Shown piece by piece: positions 31,828-52,273 of a stretch of 64,000 nt of DNA. The notes below the pieces were generated by a model. It did no database searches. It saw nothing but the letters and a program-made list of their open reading frames with translations, and had not been told where the DNA came from. The number at the start of each line of letters is the position of its first letter. Within the stretch, counting starts at the first letter, position 1. This stretch comes from the human T2T-CHM13v2.0 reference genome, Homo sapiens. The DNA is taken from NCBI RefSeq assembly GCF_009914755.1, contig NC_060937.1, one strand, 5' to 3'. A program made the position numbers and the translations under genes.

Positions 31828-32035
31828 CAGGGGTATCCAATCTTTTGGCTTCCCTGGGCCACAGTGGAAGAGGAAGAACTGTCTTGTGTGACACATAAAA
31901 TACACTAACACTAACGATAGCCGATGAGCTGAAAACAAAAACTTGAAAAAAAATTTCATAATGTTTTAAGAAAGTTTACGAATTTGTATTGGGCTGCATT
32001 CAAAGCTGCCCTGGGCCGTGGGTTGGACAAGCTTG
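31828..32035 (+). mobile_element. MER30 hAT MITE
   Basis: CAGGGGTATCCAATC...GGTTGGACAAGCTTG ends; 8-bp TSD ACAGAGAG/ACATAGAG. Confidence 0.85.
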
Positions 32036-32112
32036 ACATAGAGCATTATACATGGAAATATAAAATCATAACTTTGAAACAATGGGTTGATAGTTTAGGT
32101 TTTGAATCTTAC

Positions 32113-32193
32113 AGTTCCAGTTGTCTTCTGAAGCTCAGTAGTCGACACCATTGTACAAAATTCTTTCTCTTGAATTAGTGCACACAGAGTTGC
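32113..32193 (-). CDS. PARP4: PARP4 exon 27
   Basis: ATLCALIQEKEFCTMVSTTELQKTTGT; 81 bp; AG/GTAAG. Confidence 0.96.
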
Positions 32194-32444
32194 CTGAAAT
32201 GGGAAAAAAAATAAATTCCTCATTAGCCTTTCCACTCTGCAGTGTCTTGGTTTAACAGAAATTCTTTTGGTGATTTTCTCTCCCCTTTCAATAAAAACTA
32301 GAAGCCTCCCCAAAGCCCTGGCTAACCACCAGCTGTGTTCCCAGAAGAAGAAAATCTGCTGGTGAGAAGGGGAGGGAAGAAGACAGAAAAAAAATTAGCA
32401 AAATATATTGGTCTTCCCATAGAATAACAAACTCTGCGTCTTAC

Positions 32445-32615
32445 TTGTGTGCAGTGAGGAATGAATCCATAGACAAGGAGTCGATCATTGCGAAACAAGG
32501 ATGGCACCTGGGCTGGGGCCTGCAGGGCCTCGGGCGCATCTGGATTGAGTTGCTGCCATTTGACGGAGACAGAGTGGCAACTCGGAGAACATAGCCTGGT
32601 CATTTGGTCTTCTAT
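32445..32615 (-). CDS. PARP4: PARP4 exon 26
   Basis: IEDQMTRLCSPSCHSVSVKWQQLNPDAPEALQAPAQVPSLFRNDRLLVYGFIPHCTQ; 171 bp; AG/GTAAG. Confidence 0.96.
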
Positions 32616-32687
32616 CTATTTATAAAAGAGGAATTATTTCTCTTTCAATGCTCCATCCAGAAAATAGTTACTTCACATTTAAAATAA

Positions 32688-33098
<411 letters not shown>

Positions 33099-33199
33099 TA
33101 AATAATAGCATGATCATATCCTTTTCATTTACAAAGCATCCTGAAATTATGCCTTTAGCTAATTACTAATATGCAGCCTTGGTATGAGTAGATTCCAGT

Positions 33200-34870
<1,671 letters not shown>

Positions 34871-35148
34871 AACAATTTCAGCAAAACATATTTAATAATT
34901 CACTTTAAAAAAAATCAGTCCATGATTTTTAAGGCAGAAATCAAACCATAAGCTGGGAGAATGACCTGATGAAGAACACCTGTGTTCCCGCTGGTGCAGT
35001 CCTGAGGCAGGGCTCACACCTGCGGCAGTGCTTGCCTCTTTACGGCTCCCCTCTCATTCAAGGAAACACAGATATTCCTATTTCTTAGTCTCGGAAGAAT
35101 AAGAGATTTCCAAACATAAATATAAAACCAGATGTTTAAAAAACATAC

Positions 35149-35248
35149 CTGTTTTCTCCAACTATGCTTGGATTTTGCATTAAAATATTCAAATACTCCG
35201 GCACCACACTGGGACAAAATCCTTAAGACGTGACGATTTGCTGTAGAA
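35149..35248 (-). CDS. PARP4: PARP4 exon 25 (vWA)
   Basis: (G)STANRHVLRILSQCGAGVFEYFNAKSKHSWRKQ; 100 bp; AG/GT. Confidence 0.96.
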
Positions 35249-36887
35249 CTGATCACATTTCACATGTTTTAATTTTGAAGACATTAGAAATATTTTTGAA
35301 GTACATGTTAACAGTGTTGAGAAAGCTCACAACTCAATAGGAGAGACATGACGTGGGGAAGAATGTACTCGTGTGTCGCTGAGGTTAAACAGAGAAAGTG
35401 ATAATAGAAGGAAACATCTGAAAGTTTGGCTAATTTAAGCTCCCATCTATCAGAGGACTGACTTATCCTTCAAATAGAAAAAAGTTGAAATTCTTGACTT
35501 TCAGTTCCTGAGGGAGGGAGTAGATGACTCTAAAAACAACCCTATAAGGTATCAGAATGCTGACAAAGATATCAACTTAATTTCCATAAATAACAATATT
35601 ACCTGAATCTGATCCCAAAGGCCTAGAGCTGGCAAAGAGTGAATAAAGTCTACCTCTTGAAATCTGATACACATCAACATAGCAAAAGGCATAAAGAAGC
35701 AACTCTCACTCTAGCAAAGAGCATCTCTGACATTTAAATGACAAGTGCCCTATTACTTTTCTCTCTACAATAATTCTACAACTATCAAGAACTCCTTGCT
35801 TAGAGGAATTCCTCCTGAAATATTAAAGAAAACATCAATTATTTTTCAGAAAAAGAGCTTATGAAAATAATTTCCAAGATGTTTTTCAACCTATGGATAA
35901 AGATGGATTTGTCTTTACCCTCCATATTAATTGGTGATGATCATAACATTGACTAGAAGATCCCTAACATGGGTTATTGGTAGTTACAGCTTCTGTCTGT
36001 TAGCGAGGCAGGCTGGAGTCTTCCTGTGCTCCTTCAGGGCGGCTCTCAGAGGACCAGGACTCACGCCAAGGAGGAGGGCTGATGGTCTCTACCCCTGGGA
36101 AGCTCACTTTACTAGAGTTTGTAATTGCAAACACATGCTTGGAAGATGAGGGAGAAACACTTAGAAAGATCCCAAAAACTCGACAGAAAAGCAGAATGGA
36201 TACCACCCCCTCCAGGCATGGGCGGTGCTAACTGGCAGAGTCTCCTCTTGGAGCAGGCTCCCCCACTGCACACCCAGACTCCCCGTCACATGCCTTACAT
36301 TTTTCAATTTTTTTTTTATTTTTAAAGATGGGGTCTTGCTCAGTCACTCAAGCTGGAGTGCAACTGCCTGACCATGGCTCACTACAGCCTTGACCTCCTG
36401 GGCTGGAGCGATCCTCCTGCTTTGGCCTCCCAAAGTGCTGGGACCACAGGAGTGAGCCTCTGAGCCTGACCTCATCACACTCCCTTGATTTCCTCCCTGG
36501 CACATGGGAAAATCCCATCTCCCAGCCCCAGAGTCGGGGCCCGATGTTCGTCCCAGAATAGGCCCTCACTGAGGAAGGCATGAATAGGTGCCAGTACCTC
36601 TGCCCTGTGGTGTCTGAGCCCTGACCTGGGAGCAGGGGGCAGGGAGGGGCTGCTGAGACCAGGAGACGGTGCACAGGCTGCCCTGAGCGCAGCTGTGAGC
36701 TCAGCAGGTGAAGTCCCATCAGGAACAACTCCTGGTGGAGCTGCTCAGGCTGGATATATTTCTTCATTGGCCTGTGATGCTGGGCTAGGCCTTAGATTAC
36801 AGAGAACAGAGCCAGGAGCTGTGACAGTGGAGGACAAAGAGAAGAAAGCCCTCAAGGCAGGCAGAGCTGGCTTGAGTATAGCAGCTA

Positions 36888-36960
36888 GGGGTGTCGGAGG
36901 CCACAGAGGGACACTGGGGGCCATGGAGGGGCATCGGGGCCACAGAGGGGCATTGGGGGT
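36888..36960. repeat. Degenerate 19-20 bp G-rich minisatellite (ggggccacagaggggcat), 3-4 copies
   Basis: Seen directly. Confidence 0.65.
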
Positions 36961-37836
36961 GCTGGCTCCTGGAGCTCAGGGCGAGTCCAGGTCAAGGCTC
37001 AGGGGCAAGGACAGCAAAGAGGCCCCCATTCTGCCCCATGAAGAAGCTGAGGATCTGCTCCATGCACTGCCACCAGATAGCTGGTGACCACTTGCTGAGG
37101 TGGTGGCCACAGGTAGGAGTCCAGGGGCCACAGAGGCAGGCAGGATGGGCAAGTCCTATGCAGACACCAAGTGGCCCCCTCTGTTCGATGTTTTCCTTAC
37201 ACATACACCGCATACCTTAGTGCCATCCAAAAGAACTAACTTTTAATGGGGAAGGGGCAATTCCAACAATGTAGGGGTGTTAGCCTCTCATGGAAAGCTT
37301 CTATGCACACCACAGGGTTTGAAAATGCAAGTGCTCATAATGGCCAGAAAAGAGATGCGAAGGAGCAAAGCAGCCTGGCGGGGTCTGCCTGGAGGTCACA
37401 TGCCCCCAGCACGAGTCCAGCACAGCCAGTGAGGAGGTTTACCCAGGCCCTTCGGGACAAGCGGAGATTTGGATTCTTATGCTAAATAATAACATCTAAC
37501 TGATTTGGTGCTTTTGGTTCAGTTCTGTTCTGAGTGCTTTCTATGTATGAGCTCATTTATTCCTCAGCAATCCTAGGAGGTAGGTATTTTCATTATCACC
37601 TTGGTTTTACAGATGAGAGGTTAAGGAACTTGCTCAAGGTCACGGCTAAGCTAATGAGTGGCCAACCCAGGTTCTGAGACTCAGGCAGTCTGGCTGGGAG
37701 CCCGGAGCCCCATCCCTCTATGCTGTAAGGCTTCTGTATTCTAGTGTCAACTTCCAAGCTTGCCAAAGTCCCCTGCAGGGCAACAAGACGACCTCCCCGT
37801 GGGTCTGGACTATGTGACCAGCTCTCTGAGACTCAC

Positions 37837-38024
37837 CCGATACCGCAGGCGAATAACCTGGTGTGCGGGCGGCTCCTCTTCACGAGCTGTAATGTCAGGC
37901 TCTCATCCTGGAGGTGCCCATCAGACACCAGGAGGATGTTCCGTGACCCTCGAGCAGGGTACAATAAGCTAAGATATCGGAGTGTTTTCCAGAAGTCTGT
38001 GTTCCCCATGGTAGGTGTGGCAGA
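37837..38024 (-). CDS. PARP4: PARP4 exon 24 (vWA; GNTD and VSDG motifs)
   Basis: SATPTMGNTDFWKTLRYL...LLVSDGHL...RLFACGI+GG; 188 bp; AG/GTGAG. Confidence 0.97.
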
Positions 38025-38165
38025 CTGGAGGAAATGAAGTGAAAGATTATGTTCTCCTTGTTGGATGCAGTCACCATTTGCTGTCATCATTGACACATCT
38101 AAGGACAGTGTAGGGATATGGTGACACCGAAAATATTTTCTTTCCCTAATTTGTGAAACAACTAA

Positions 38166-39545
<1,380 letters not shown>

Positions 39546-40447
39546 TTCACCACACTATTTTTCTAAATGATACATCATAGAGCATTCAAACCGTGGTGCT
39601 TTACTATGCAAAATGTTGAGTCAAATTCCATGTGCACATGCAGATCACTTGTGCAAATGTGCAGGGCATTGCAATGGCCTGAGCAGCTTGGCCCCTGGAA
39701 GGCCAGTCTCTGCTCACGCCCTTTGCACTCCCCATGCTTATCCGACCTCTGTCCCAGCAACAGCAGACTGTACCTCTGGGGAAAAGGGGCTGGGTCTTCT
39801 GCTGGATTGCACAGAGGATGAGAATCAATAGGATAAGACTGTCCCCTCACTCCACTCCACGCACCTCTCATCCCTGAGGTGCTGCCTTCTGGTGGCTGAG
39901 ACGTCCCTGGGCCCCATCTGGAGGGTGGTACTACCTCCCTTCTAGCAGTGCTGGCCCGATACTTCCTGAGACCATTCCTTATAGATTTTCTATGACTGCG
40001 CTGAGGGCAAATGTTTTGTCCTTAGACTTGGGACCTCCTACTCAACAGACCAGGGGTTTTGTATTTGGTTCAGTTGCTAATGACAACAGTAGCATTTATA
40101 TCTCACTTACTGTGAACAGGCACAGTTTAAAAATCCTTTACATACATTAGCTCAATCCTCCTCACAGCAACACTGTGAGTTAGGGACAATTATCCTCAGA
40201 TCGCAGATGAGGAAACGGAGGCACCAGAAGTTCAAGTAGTGCGCCCAAGGTGACACACAGAACCTGTGAGTGGTACAGCTGGAACCGGGACCTAGGGGGT
40301 CCAGCTCCAGAGCTCTTGTTCTTCAATTTCATACTAGGCTGCCCCTCACCACACAGGCAGGGTCGGGTACCCACAGTTGTCAGCTCTACAGAATGTGATT
40401 CACATGTAGGGGAAGCACACGCAGGACCAGGGCCAAAGCGCACTCAC

Positions 40448-40643
40448 CTGTGCCGAACTGGATAATATTTACTTTCTGCTTCTCACCCACCAAGGACAGC
40501 GCATGCAAGGTGATTTGCTTGGCTTGCAAGAATGTCACACCCTCCATGGAACTGGAGCAGTCAAGACAAATAATCACTTCGCTCTCACTGGCTAGGTCAG
40601 GGAGGTCGACATCGAGATCGGGTTGAAAGACAAGCATGCAAGC
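40448..40643 (-). CDS. PARP4: PARP4 exon 22 (vWA domain, MIDAS DxSxS)
   Basis: ACMLVFQPDL...VIICLDCSSSMEG...VNIIQFGT+G; 196 bp; AG/GTGAG. Confidence 0.97.
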
Positions 40644-40906
40644 CTGAAAGGAGAAAGAAGGTGCTGGACTGGAGCTTCTTGTCACTTCAACTGCAAAAGG
40701 TCTACTTAGAAAACTCCAAAACTTTCTAGTGAGGTAAACTAATGCTATAAAAACAGAAAGAATAAGATGTAATTAACAACAAGATGGCCTACTAGGAGTT
40801 CCAGTCAAAAGTAGAATGTTAGAACTGGGAGTTTCCAACTTCTGACATAAACTTCTGAGAGGTCAAGAATTAGTATCTGAAAAATCATATAGCATCAACA
40901 TTATGG

Positions 40907-40911
<5 letters not shown>

Positions 40912-40961
<50 letters not shown>
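40912..40961. repeat. (AT)n microsatellite
   Basis: About 25 perfect AT units. Confidence 0.95.
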
Positions 40962-40964
<3 letters not shown>

Positions 40965-41063
40965 ACTATTCTAAGAGGAATATACATGCCATTGTGATTA
41001 CTAAAATACACACACATACCTTTTGTTCTATTAATTAACCAATATTTAACTACTATCATGTAA

Positions 41064-43260
<2,197 letters not shown>

Positions 43261-43431
43261 GGCACTGCAGAAAGGCACAAGAGAGGAACTTTTTTTTAAT
43301 ACAATAAAATTTCTCAGAACTAAAGACCACCAGTTACATACAATGAATGAAAATCATACTGTTATGAAATTTCAGAATACCAGAGATAAAGAGAAGGTCT
43401 GAAGTTCCTGCAGAATTCTAAAAAGGAAAAT

Positions 43432-44050
<619 letters not shown>

Positions 44051-44488
44051 CTCATCATAATATTATACATTTCTTGGCTCAGTGGTAAACATCATTTACA
44101 TGATAATCACTGACTATTGTGAAACAGGTCTTTTGGAATGAAGGGGAGAGGAAAAGTAGTGAGTTAGGTGGGTGGAGGGGGCAAGAGCTACACGTCCAAC
44201 TTCCAAAACAGGAAGTCAAAAGATAATTTCTGAAACAGGCGAAATCAAGAAAAAGCATTAAAAATTAATATTTAAAAATTGGAGGCAAAATCAAAGAAAC
44301 AGCTCAAATAGTCCAAATGATTCACTGTCTCTGGAAACTGGTCTGGGGAGAATCAGGGGCAGGAGTAGTGCTTCTTGTTAGAAGTTTTGTCAGCATTATT
44401 TCACTTTTCAACCACGTGCATACATTGCTTTGATAAGATAAAAGTAGTGTTAAAATAACAGCTCTTAAGAAATCAAAGATGCACTAAC

Positions 44489-44567
44489 CTTTTGTTTCAG
44501 TTCATGTGTATCACTGAAAATGAATTCAATCACATACGGCATCTCAATAGACATAGTCAAAGAGAAG
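44489..44567 (-). CDS. PARP4: PARP4 exon 20
   Basis: (S)FSLTMSIEMPYVIEFIFSDTHELKQK; 79 bp; AG/GTTAGT. Confidence 0.95.
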
Positions 44568-44708
44568 CTAGCAAAAATGAAGAGAAAGTTGTCTTAGTCT
44601 ACGATCTTAAATTTCTATCTGAAATTATTTCAAACAATTCTAAATGGAAATTTAAACCAGAAAACCAATATCCATTGAATTGACAGGTTTTATATTTTAG
44701 GTACTAAC

Positions 44709-44755
44709 CTTTGCTTTGTTCCTATTTCTTTTATACAAATCTTCTCTACTGTATC
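44709..44755 (-). CDS. PARP4: PARP4 exon 19
   Basis: DTVEKICIKEIGTKQ+AG; 47 bp; AG/GTTAGT. Confidence 0.94.
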
Positions 44756-44974
44756 CTGTTAAAAGAAAAATACATTTGTATAACTAAGCATATATTAAGT
44801 TTCACAATGAGACTAAAGTGAATGTAATCTTGGCAAGGCCACAACTGTCAGCAAGACAGCTGGTTTCACTTTCAAGCAGTGAAACACAGAAAGTTTGCTC
44901 ATGGAATGACAGGAACTTCTAAAATACAACTCACCATTTTGACAGAGATTTTAAACTCTACATATGTCTGTGTG

Positions 44975-44976
<2 letters not shown>

Positions 44977-45008
<32 letters not shown>
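44977..45008. repeat. (CA)n microsatellite
   Basis: About 16 units. Confidence 0.92.
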
Positions 45009-45009
<1 letters not shown>

Positions 45010-45412
45010 TTTATACATGTGCTGTACATACAAAGTAGGAAGTTTGGAGGGATATACCGAAGTATTAACCATTAACTCTGGGCAATGGGATAAAGGATGG
45101 TTTTAATTTTCTTATTTTGGCTTATTTGTATTCTCTATGCTTATCTAGTTCTTCATGATGAACTTGCACTACAGATATAACATTTTTTGAGTGATTAAGC
45201 AGAATAAAAATATGCTTATTGATCATATCTGTAACTTTTATTCTTTTCATTTTATACACATAATGTATCTAAATGCATGTCAGTAAAATTAACTTTATGC
45301 CTAAAAGATTATTTTACATGTTTTTCTCCCCAGGCATAAATTCCTCCACAGCCCTCCACCACTCCCCCTCCACTGCTGCCAAAATGCTTCTTCAAATCTT
45401 ATGCGTACAAAC

Positions 45413-45577
45413 CTGAAGGTTTTCATTCAAAGCCTTGTCCTGTTGCCAGGGTGCTACGGTGGCGGGCATGAAAAAGACACCAACAGTGCCCAGGATGCTG
45501 AGTTCTGTGATGTAGGTAATTTTTATAAGAACCTTAGCCTTAGGGGGTAAGTTTCCAACACTTACAGTAAAAACGTC
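45413..45577 (-). CDS. PARP4: PARP4 exon 18 (VIT end)
   Basis: DVFTVSVGNLPPKAKVLIKITYITELS...ALNENLQ; 165 bp; AG/GT. Confidence 0.96.
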
Positions 45578-45882
45578 CTGAAACAGAAACATATGACTTA
45601 GCTTCCAACTTGAAAGCATACCCATTATATGCCAGCTAACTCCACGTACTTCTTAAGCAACTTGAATGACAACCTGCCAAATTCTTCCTCAGAAAACAGT
45701 AATAAAACCTAAAAGACACATTGGTGGGGCTAACGGAGAATCCTGGAGCCATTCACCAGTGGTGGGAACAGGGTGATGTCCGTGGCAGGCAGATGGAGAG
45801 GGGCCCCCTTGGCAGCGGAACTGGGAAGAGGCACTCATGGACTCTGCCCCAGGGGGCTCTCATGTGTGAGCTCTCTGCACAC

Positions 45883-45970
45883 GTGGGCTCTGCTGCACGG
45901 GTGGGCTCTGCTGCATGGGTGGGCTCTGCTGCACGGGTGGGTTCTGCTGCATGGGTGGGCTCTGCTGCAC
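45883..45970. repeat. 18-bp minisatellite GTGGGCTCTGCTGCA(C/T)GG, about 5 copies
   Basis: Copies start at 45883, 45901, 45919, 45937, 45955; a degenerate copy lies upstream. Confidence 0.92.
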
Positions 45971-46119
45971 AGATGGCCTCCACAAAGCCCTTTCTTGAAG
46001 ACCCTCCCTGACCTCCATGGCACCCAACACCACTTTTGCCAGCAGCTGTAGAACCAGGGCAGTTTTTTCTAAGCTTGGCCCTTGCTTAATTATTTTACCC
46101 TATGGTAATTTCTCATGTT

Positions 46120-46407
46120 ATTTTTATTTTTATTTATTCATTATTTAGAGATAGGATCTTGCTCCGTCATCCAGGCTGGAGGGCAGTGGTGCAGTCACAG
46201 CTTAATGTAGCCTTGAAACCCCAGGTCTAAGCCATCCTCTTAAGTAGATGGGACTACAGGCACGCACCACCATGCCTGGCTGATTTTTAAATATTTTTGT
46301 ACAGATGGGGTTGCCCAGGCTGGTCTCAAACTCCAGGCCTCAAGTGACTCTTCCACCTTCTGCTCCCAAAGTGCTGGGATTACAGGTGTGAGCTACCACA
46401 CCCAGCC
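46120..46407 (-). mobile_element. AluJ
   Basis: Alu consensus match. Confidence 0.85.
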
Positions 46408-46849
46408 TATCATGTTATTTTTTTACTAAAAAGTCTTTAGCTTTCTTTTAAAGGGATGTTGATAATAGCTATATAAGGTGGCAACCCCATGACTAGCTAG
46501 GGCAGAAAAAAGAGGCTAGATACATTTTTTTCTGATAACTACGCAGAGATCCTCTCAACATCCCCAACTATGTTCACCATTCTAGTTGACCACCCCATCA
46601 TGAAAATTTTGTATATTTAGATTAGGATTAATTTAGGCTTAAAGGTTAAATTATTACTTTTGACATCAAAGACATCCATTTACAGGATGGAAACAGACAA
46701 TAAAGAGATGATTATTAAATACTTAATAGTGCTAGCCCTTAAAAGAAATGTATGTATAAACACCTGGGGTTCATTTGAGACACTGCCACTTAATAGAGTG
46801 GGATTGCAGTTCTGTTTCTGGGTAGGATATAGGTGGATGCAGAAAATGT

Positions 46850-48957
46850 CACTTCTGTTATAACACACCAGGCAATCTACAAAATCATAACTTGTTTTGA
46901 ACTCATCAATCAAGCGAACTGAATTCCAAAGAGGGGACAGATGGGACACAGGATCTGTGTGAACTCCTCCCGGCTGAGAGTGGGTAAGCTTACTGGTTTA
47001 GAAGAATTGGGAGCTCCTGACCCAAGGGGAGTTTGCATTCTCTCGCAGGCGTTTCCCCATATCCCCACAGCCTTCCACTGGGCCCACTGGAAAGGCTGAG
47101 CAGGGCAGGAGACCAAGAGGAGCACCTCTCAGTGGAGCAGGTGTGTGGGAGGTGCTGGGGCCACTTCCCTGGATCCTTTCCCCACATGAAGCAAAAGCCT
47201 CCAGCTGCTGGGGGAAGGGCAGCTAACTCTCACTTCCAGAGCTGCGGGGAAGGGGCAGAAGTAAACCAGGGATCAGAAGCCTTCCTTTCTAGCCCTGTGC
47301 CCAGGTAAAGCTCCACTGCTTTAGAGAGAAACAGCCACCTCCCCATGGGGCAGGGGATGACACCCTCCTAGGCCCAGGATCCTGCACTAGTACAAAGCAG
47401 GGGTTACTACAACTGGAGGAAAGGCAGGAAACCATCTCCCAAACAACTCTTAACAGACACAAGGCAGAATTTGGCTGCCACCAAGATAGGACAATGAACA
47501 GAAGTGCTAATTAGTTCCCATCCTAAGGTCCAGGACTGCAGGCCCTGCCTAAGACTGAGGCTGAACCAGAAGAATGCCCCTGCCCCACCAGGAGCCTAGT
47601 ACAGCACATCAAGCAACAGCAGCCTAGCACTGCGGGAGGGGAAGAGTTGCTGTAATCACCTCTGTCGGACAGTGTGCAGAGTCTGCTGAAAGCTGGGGGC
47701 AGAGAATGAACCTCAGTGAGAATTGTTCCGGATCCAGAACCCAAGAGGCACAGGTAGTGGCAGTCCACCACTGGAGGAATTTGAGACGGAGAGTAATAAT
47801 AACAACAGAGAGTAATGATAACAACAGCAGAACTCAAACTCAACTCTTCAACCCCTACACTAACCTGAAAGAACAGGAGTTGCCACTTCTGGGCATAAAT
47901 GTCATTTATTTCAGTCTCTCTTCTTCTTTTACACACAATGTCCAACATTCAATCACAAATTCCAAAATATACACATTTTTAAAAAGCAAGGAAAAAATGA
48001 CCCAATGTCAAGATAAAGCAATTAACAGGCAGATTCAGAGATGACCATGACACTGCAACAGACAGGACTATGATTAATATATGAAAAGACATACAGAAAA
48101 GGTGAGGAATACATATGAATAGATGGAACCTTTCATTAGAGAGACTGAATTATATTTTAAGTGTCAAAAATGCTAGAAACAAACACATTATCAAAGTTGA
48201 AGAATTTGACAAGCCTATCAGCTGACTGACAATAGCTGAGAAAAGAATGAATGAACTTGAAGCTAGGTCAATAGAAATTATCCAAAATAAAATGCAACAA
48301 GAAATGAAAGTGAAAACATAGAGCTCCAAAAGCTGTGCTGCAATATCAAATACGGTCTAACGTATATGTATTGAAGTCTCAGAAGGAGAAAGAGAGAGAA
48401 TGAGGGAGAAGAAATATTTCAGTAGATAAAGGTCAAGACTGTCCCAAAATGAATGTGAGACAATCCAAACTCAGAGAACTCCAAGCAAAATAAGCAATAA
48501 ATTTAAAAAATAACATAAACACATCATAGTCAAACCACTGAAAACCAAAGATAAAGAGAATCTTGAAGATAGCTTGACAAAAAAAGACACCTTCACATAT
48601 AGATGAACAACACAAGAATTAGAGCTGACTTCTGCTCAGAAACCATATAAGCCAGAAGACAATGCAGTTAACATATTTAAAATGCTGAAAGGAAAACAAA
48701 TAAACTGTCACCTAGAATCCCATACTCAGCAAAAAATATCTTTCAAAAATGAAGGTGAAAGACTTTGTTAGATAAAAGAGGAATGCACTCCTTGCTAGCA
48801 CACTTGTGCTAGAAAAAGAAAATAAAGAAAACTCTTCAAGCAGAAGGAAGATTTCTTTGTATCTATAGAAAGAAATGAAGAGCCCCAGAAACGGTAAAAA
48901 TGTGAATAAATGTAGAGACATTTCCCCTTATTTTTAATTGCTTTAAAATATAGTTGA
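46850..48957 (+). mobile_element. Old L1M 5'UTR/ORF1 region, continuing at about 51253-52520
   Basis: ggcaatctacaaaatcataact; aatgaatgaacttgaagctaggtcaatagaaattatcc; cagaaaccatataagccagaagac motifs. Confidence 0.7.
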
Positions 48958-51239
48958 TCATCACATAAACAGAACTAAAGACAAAAGCCACATGATTATC
49001 TCAATAGACACAGAAAAGGCCTTTAATACAATTCAACATCGCTTTATGTTAAAAACTCTCAGTAAACTAGTTATTGATGGAACATATTTCAAAATAATGA
49101 GAGCCATTAATGACAAACCCACATCCAATATCATACTGAATGGGCAAAAGCTGGAAGCATTCCCCTTGAAAACCAGCACAAGACAAGGATGCCCTCTCTC
49201 ACCACTCCTATTCAATATAGTATTGGAAGTTCTGGCCAGGGCACTCAGTCAAGATAAAGAAATAAAGGTTATTTGAATAGGAAGAGAGGAAGTCAAACTA
49301 CCTCTGTTTGCAGATGACAAGATCCTATATCTAGAAAACCCCATCGTCTCAGCCCAAAAGCCTCTTAAGCTGATAAGCTACTTCAGCAAAATCTCAGGAT
49401 ACAAAATAAATGTGCAAAAGTCACAAGCATTCCTATACACCAACAACAGACAAGCAGAGAGCCAAATCATGAATGAACTCCCATTCACAATTGCTACAAA
49501 GAGAATAAAATACATAGGAATACAGCTAGCAAGGGAATTGAAGGACCTCTTCAAGGAGAACTATAAACCACTGCTCAAGGAAATCAGAGAGGACACGAAC
49601 AAATGGAAAAACATTCCATGCTCATGGATAGGAAGAATCAATATCGTGAAAATGCCCATACTGCCCAAAGTAATGTATAGCTTCAATGCTACTCCTATTA
49701 AACTACCATTGACATTCTTCACAGAATTAGAAAAAACTAGGTTAAAATTCATATGGAACCAAAAAAGAGCCTGTAGAGCCAAGACAATCCTAAGCAAAAA
49801 GAACAAAGCTGGAGGCATCACACTACCAGACTTCACACTGTACTACAAGGCTACAGTAATCAAAACAGCATGGTACTGGTACAAAAATAGACACATAGAC
49901 CAATGGAACAGAATAGAGATCTCAGAAGTAACACCACACATCTACAACTGTCTGATCTTCAACAAACCTGACAAAAACAAGCAATGGGGAAAAGATTCCC
50001 TATTTAATGAATGGTGCTGGGAAAACTGGCTAGCCATATGCAGAAAATTAAAACTGGACCCCTTCCTTAAACTTACACAAAAAATAACTCGATACGGACT
50101 AAAGACTTAAATATAAAACCAAAAACTATAAAAACTCTAGAAGAAAATCTAGGCAATACCATTCAGGACATAGGCACGGTCAAAGATTTTATGAGGAAAA
50201 CATCAAAAATTGCAGCAAAAGCAAAAATTGACAAATGGGATCTAATTAAACTAAAGAGCTTCTGCACAGCAAAAGAAACTATCAGCAGAGCGACCAGACA
50301 ACCTAGAGAATGAGAGAAAATTTTTGCAATCTATCCATCTGATGAAGGTCTAATATCCAGAATCTACAAGGAACTTAAACAAATTTACAAGAAAAAAAAA
50401 CCCCATTAAAAAGTGGGCAAAGGACATGAACAGACACTTCTCAAAAGAAGACATTTATGTGGCAAAAAAATATGAAAAAAAGCTAAACATCACCGATTAT
50501 TAGAGAAATGCAAATCAAAACCACGATGAGACACCATCTCATGCCAGTCAGAATGGCGATGGTTAAAAAATCAAGAAACAACAGATTCTGGCAAGGCTGT
50601 GGAGAAATAGGAATGCTTTTACTCTGTTGGTGGGAGTGTAAATTAGTTCAACCATTGTGGAAGACAGTGTGGGTCTCCCTCAAAGACCTAGAACCAGAAA
50701 TACCATTTGACCCACCAATCCCATTACTGGGTATATACCCAAAGGAATATAAATCATTCCATTATAAAGATACATGCATGTGTATGTTCATTGCAGCACT
50801 ATTCACAATAGCAAAGACATGGAATCAATCCAAATGCCCATCAATGATAGACTGGATAAAGAAAATGTGGTACATATGTACCATGGAATACCATGCAGCC
50901 ATAAAAAGGAATGAGACCATGTCCTTTGCAGGGACATGAATGAAGCTGGAAGCCATTATCCTCACAAACTAACACAGGAACAGAAAACTGAACACAGGAT
51001 GTTCTTACTTACACGTGGGAGCTGAACAATGAGAACACATGGACACAGGGAGGGAAACAACATACACTGGGGCCTGTAGCGGAGGCAGGGAGAGGGAGAG
51101 CATCAGGATAAATAGCTAATGCATGTGGGGCTTAATATCTGGGTGATGGGTTGATAGGTGCAGCAAACCACCATGGCACACATTTGCCTATGTAACAAAC
51201 CTGCATGTCTTGCACATGTATCCCAGAACTTTAAAAAAA
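48958..51239 (+). mobile_element. 5'-truncated L1PA (primate LINE-1), ORF2 RT to C-terminus with stops, plus 3'UTR and poly-A
   Basis: ORFs [11 protein letters not shown]...[31 protein letters not shown]..., MQIKTTMR...; TSD AAAATATAGTTGA (48945-57) / AAAAGATAGTTGA (51240-52) at a TT/AAAA site. Confidence 0.95.
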
Positions 51240-51459
51240 AAAAGATAGTTGAATATATAACAACACATTGTAGAATTTATAATATATGAAGAAATAAAAC
51301 ACACGACAACAATATCACAAAGGATATGGGAAAAAAGAAACGAACGTATACTGGTTGTAATGTAATGTATTCTGGTTGTAAGGTTCTTACATATGAAGTA
51401 GTATAATATTGTAGGCTGTATGTGGTAAGTTACAGATGTATGTAGTAGTAAACCCTAAA

Positions 51460-51625
51460 GCAGTGTGGACCAATGTAACTTTCTATGATGATAAAAATGC
51501 TCTACATATGCACTAAGTAATAAGATAGCCACTGGCCACATAAAACATTTTATTTTATATTTAAATGTAAATATACACATGTAATTAGTGGCTACCATAT
51601 TTAACACATATTTAACATGTGGCTT
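51460..51625. mobile_element. MER3-type hAT fragment
   Basis: ccaatgtaactttctatgatgataaaaatgctctac...tagccactggccacat. Confidence 0.65.
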
Positions 51626-51647
51626 TAGAGCAACAATCAAAACTTAA

Positions 51648-52273
<626 letters not shown>

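Noticed and set aside
36348-37485. Several overlapping ORFs in a GC-rich intronic block
   Set aside because: Expected from GC content and the minisatellite; no recognisable domain or splice support
45721-46051. Overlapping ORFs with repeated hexapeptides; CRISPR-like appearance
   Set aside because: An 18-bp tandem repeat with no spacers, in a mammalian intron
48992-50939. Reverse-transcriptase-like ORFs
   Set aside because: Broken ORF2 of a 5'-truncated L1PA with stops and frameshifts; not an active element or a novel RT system
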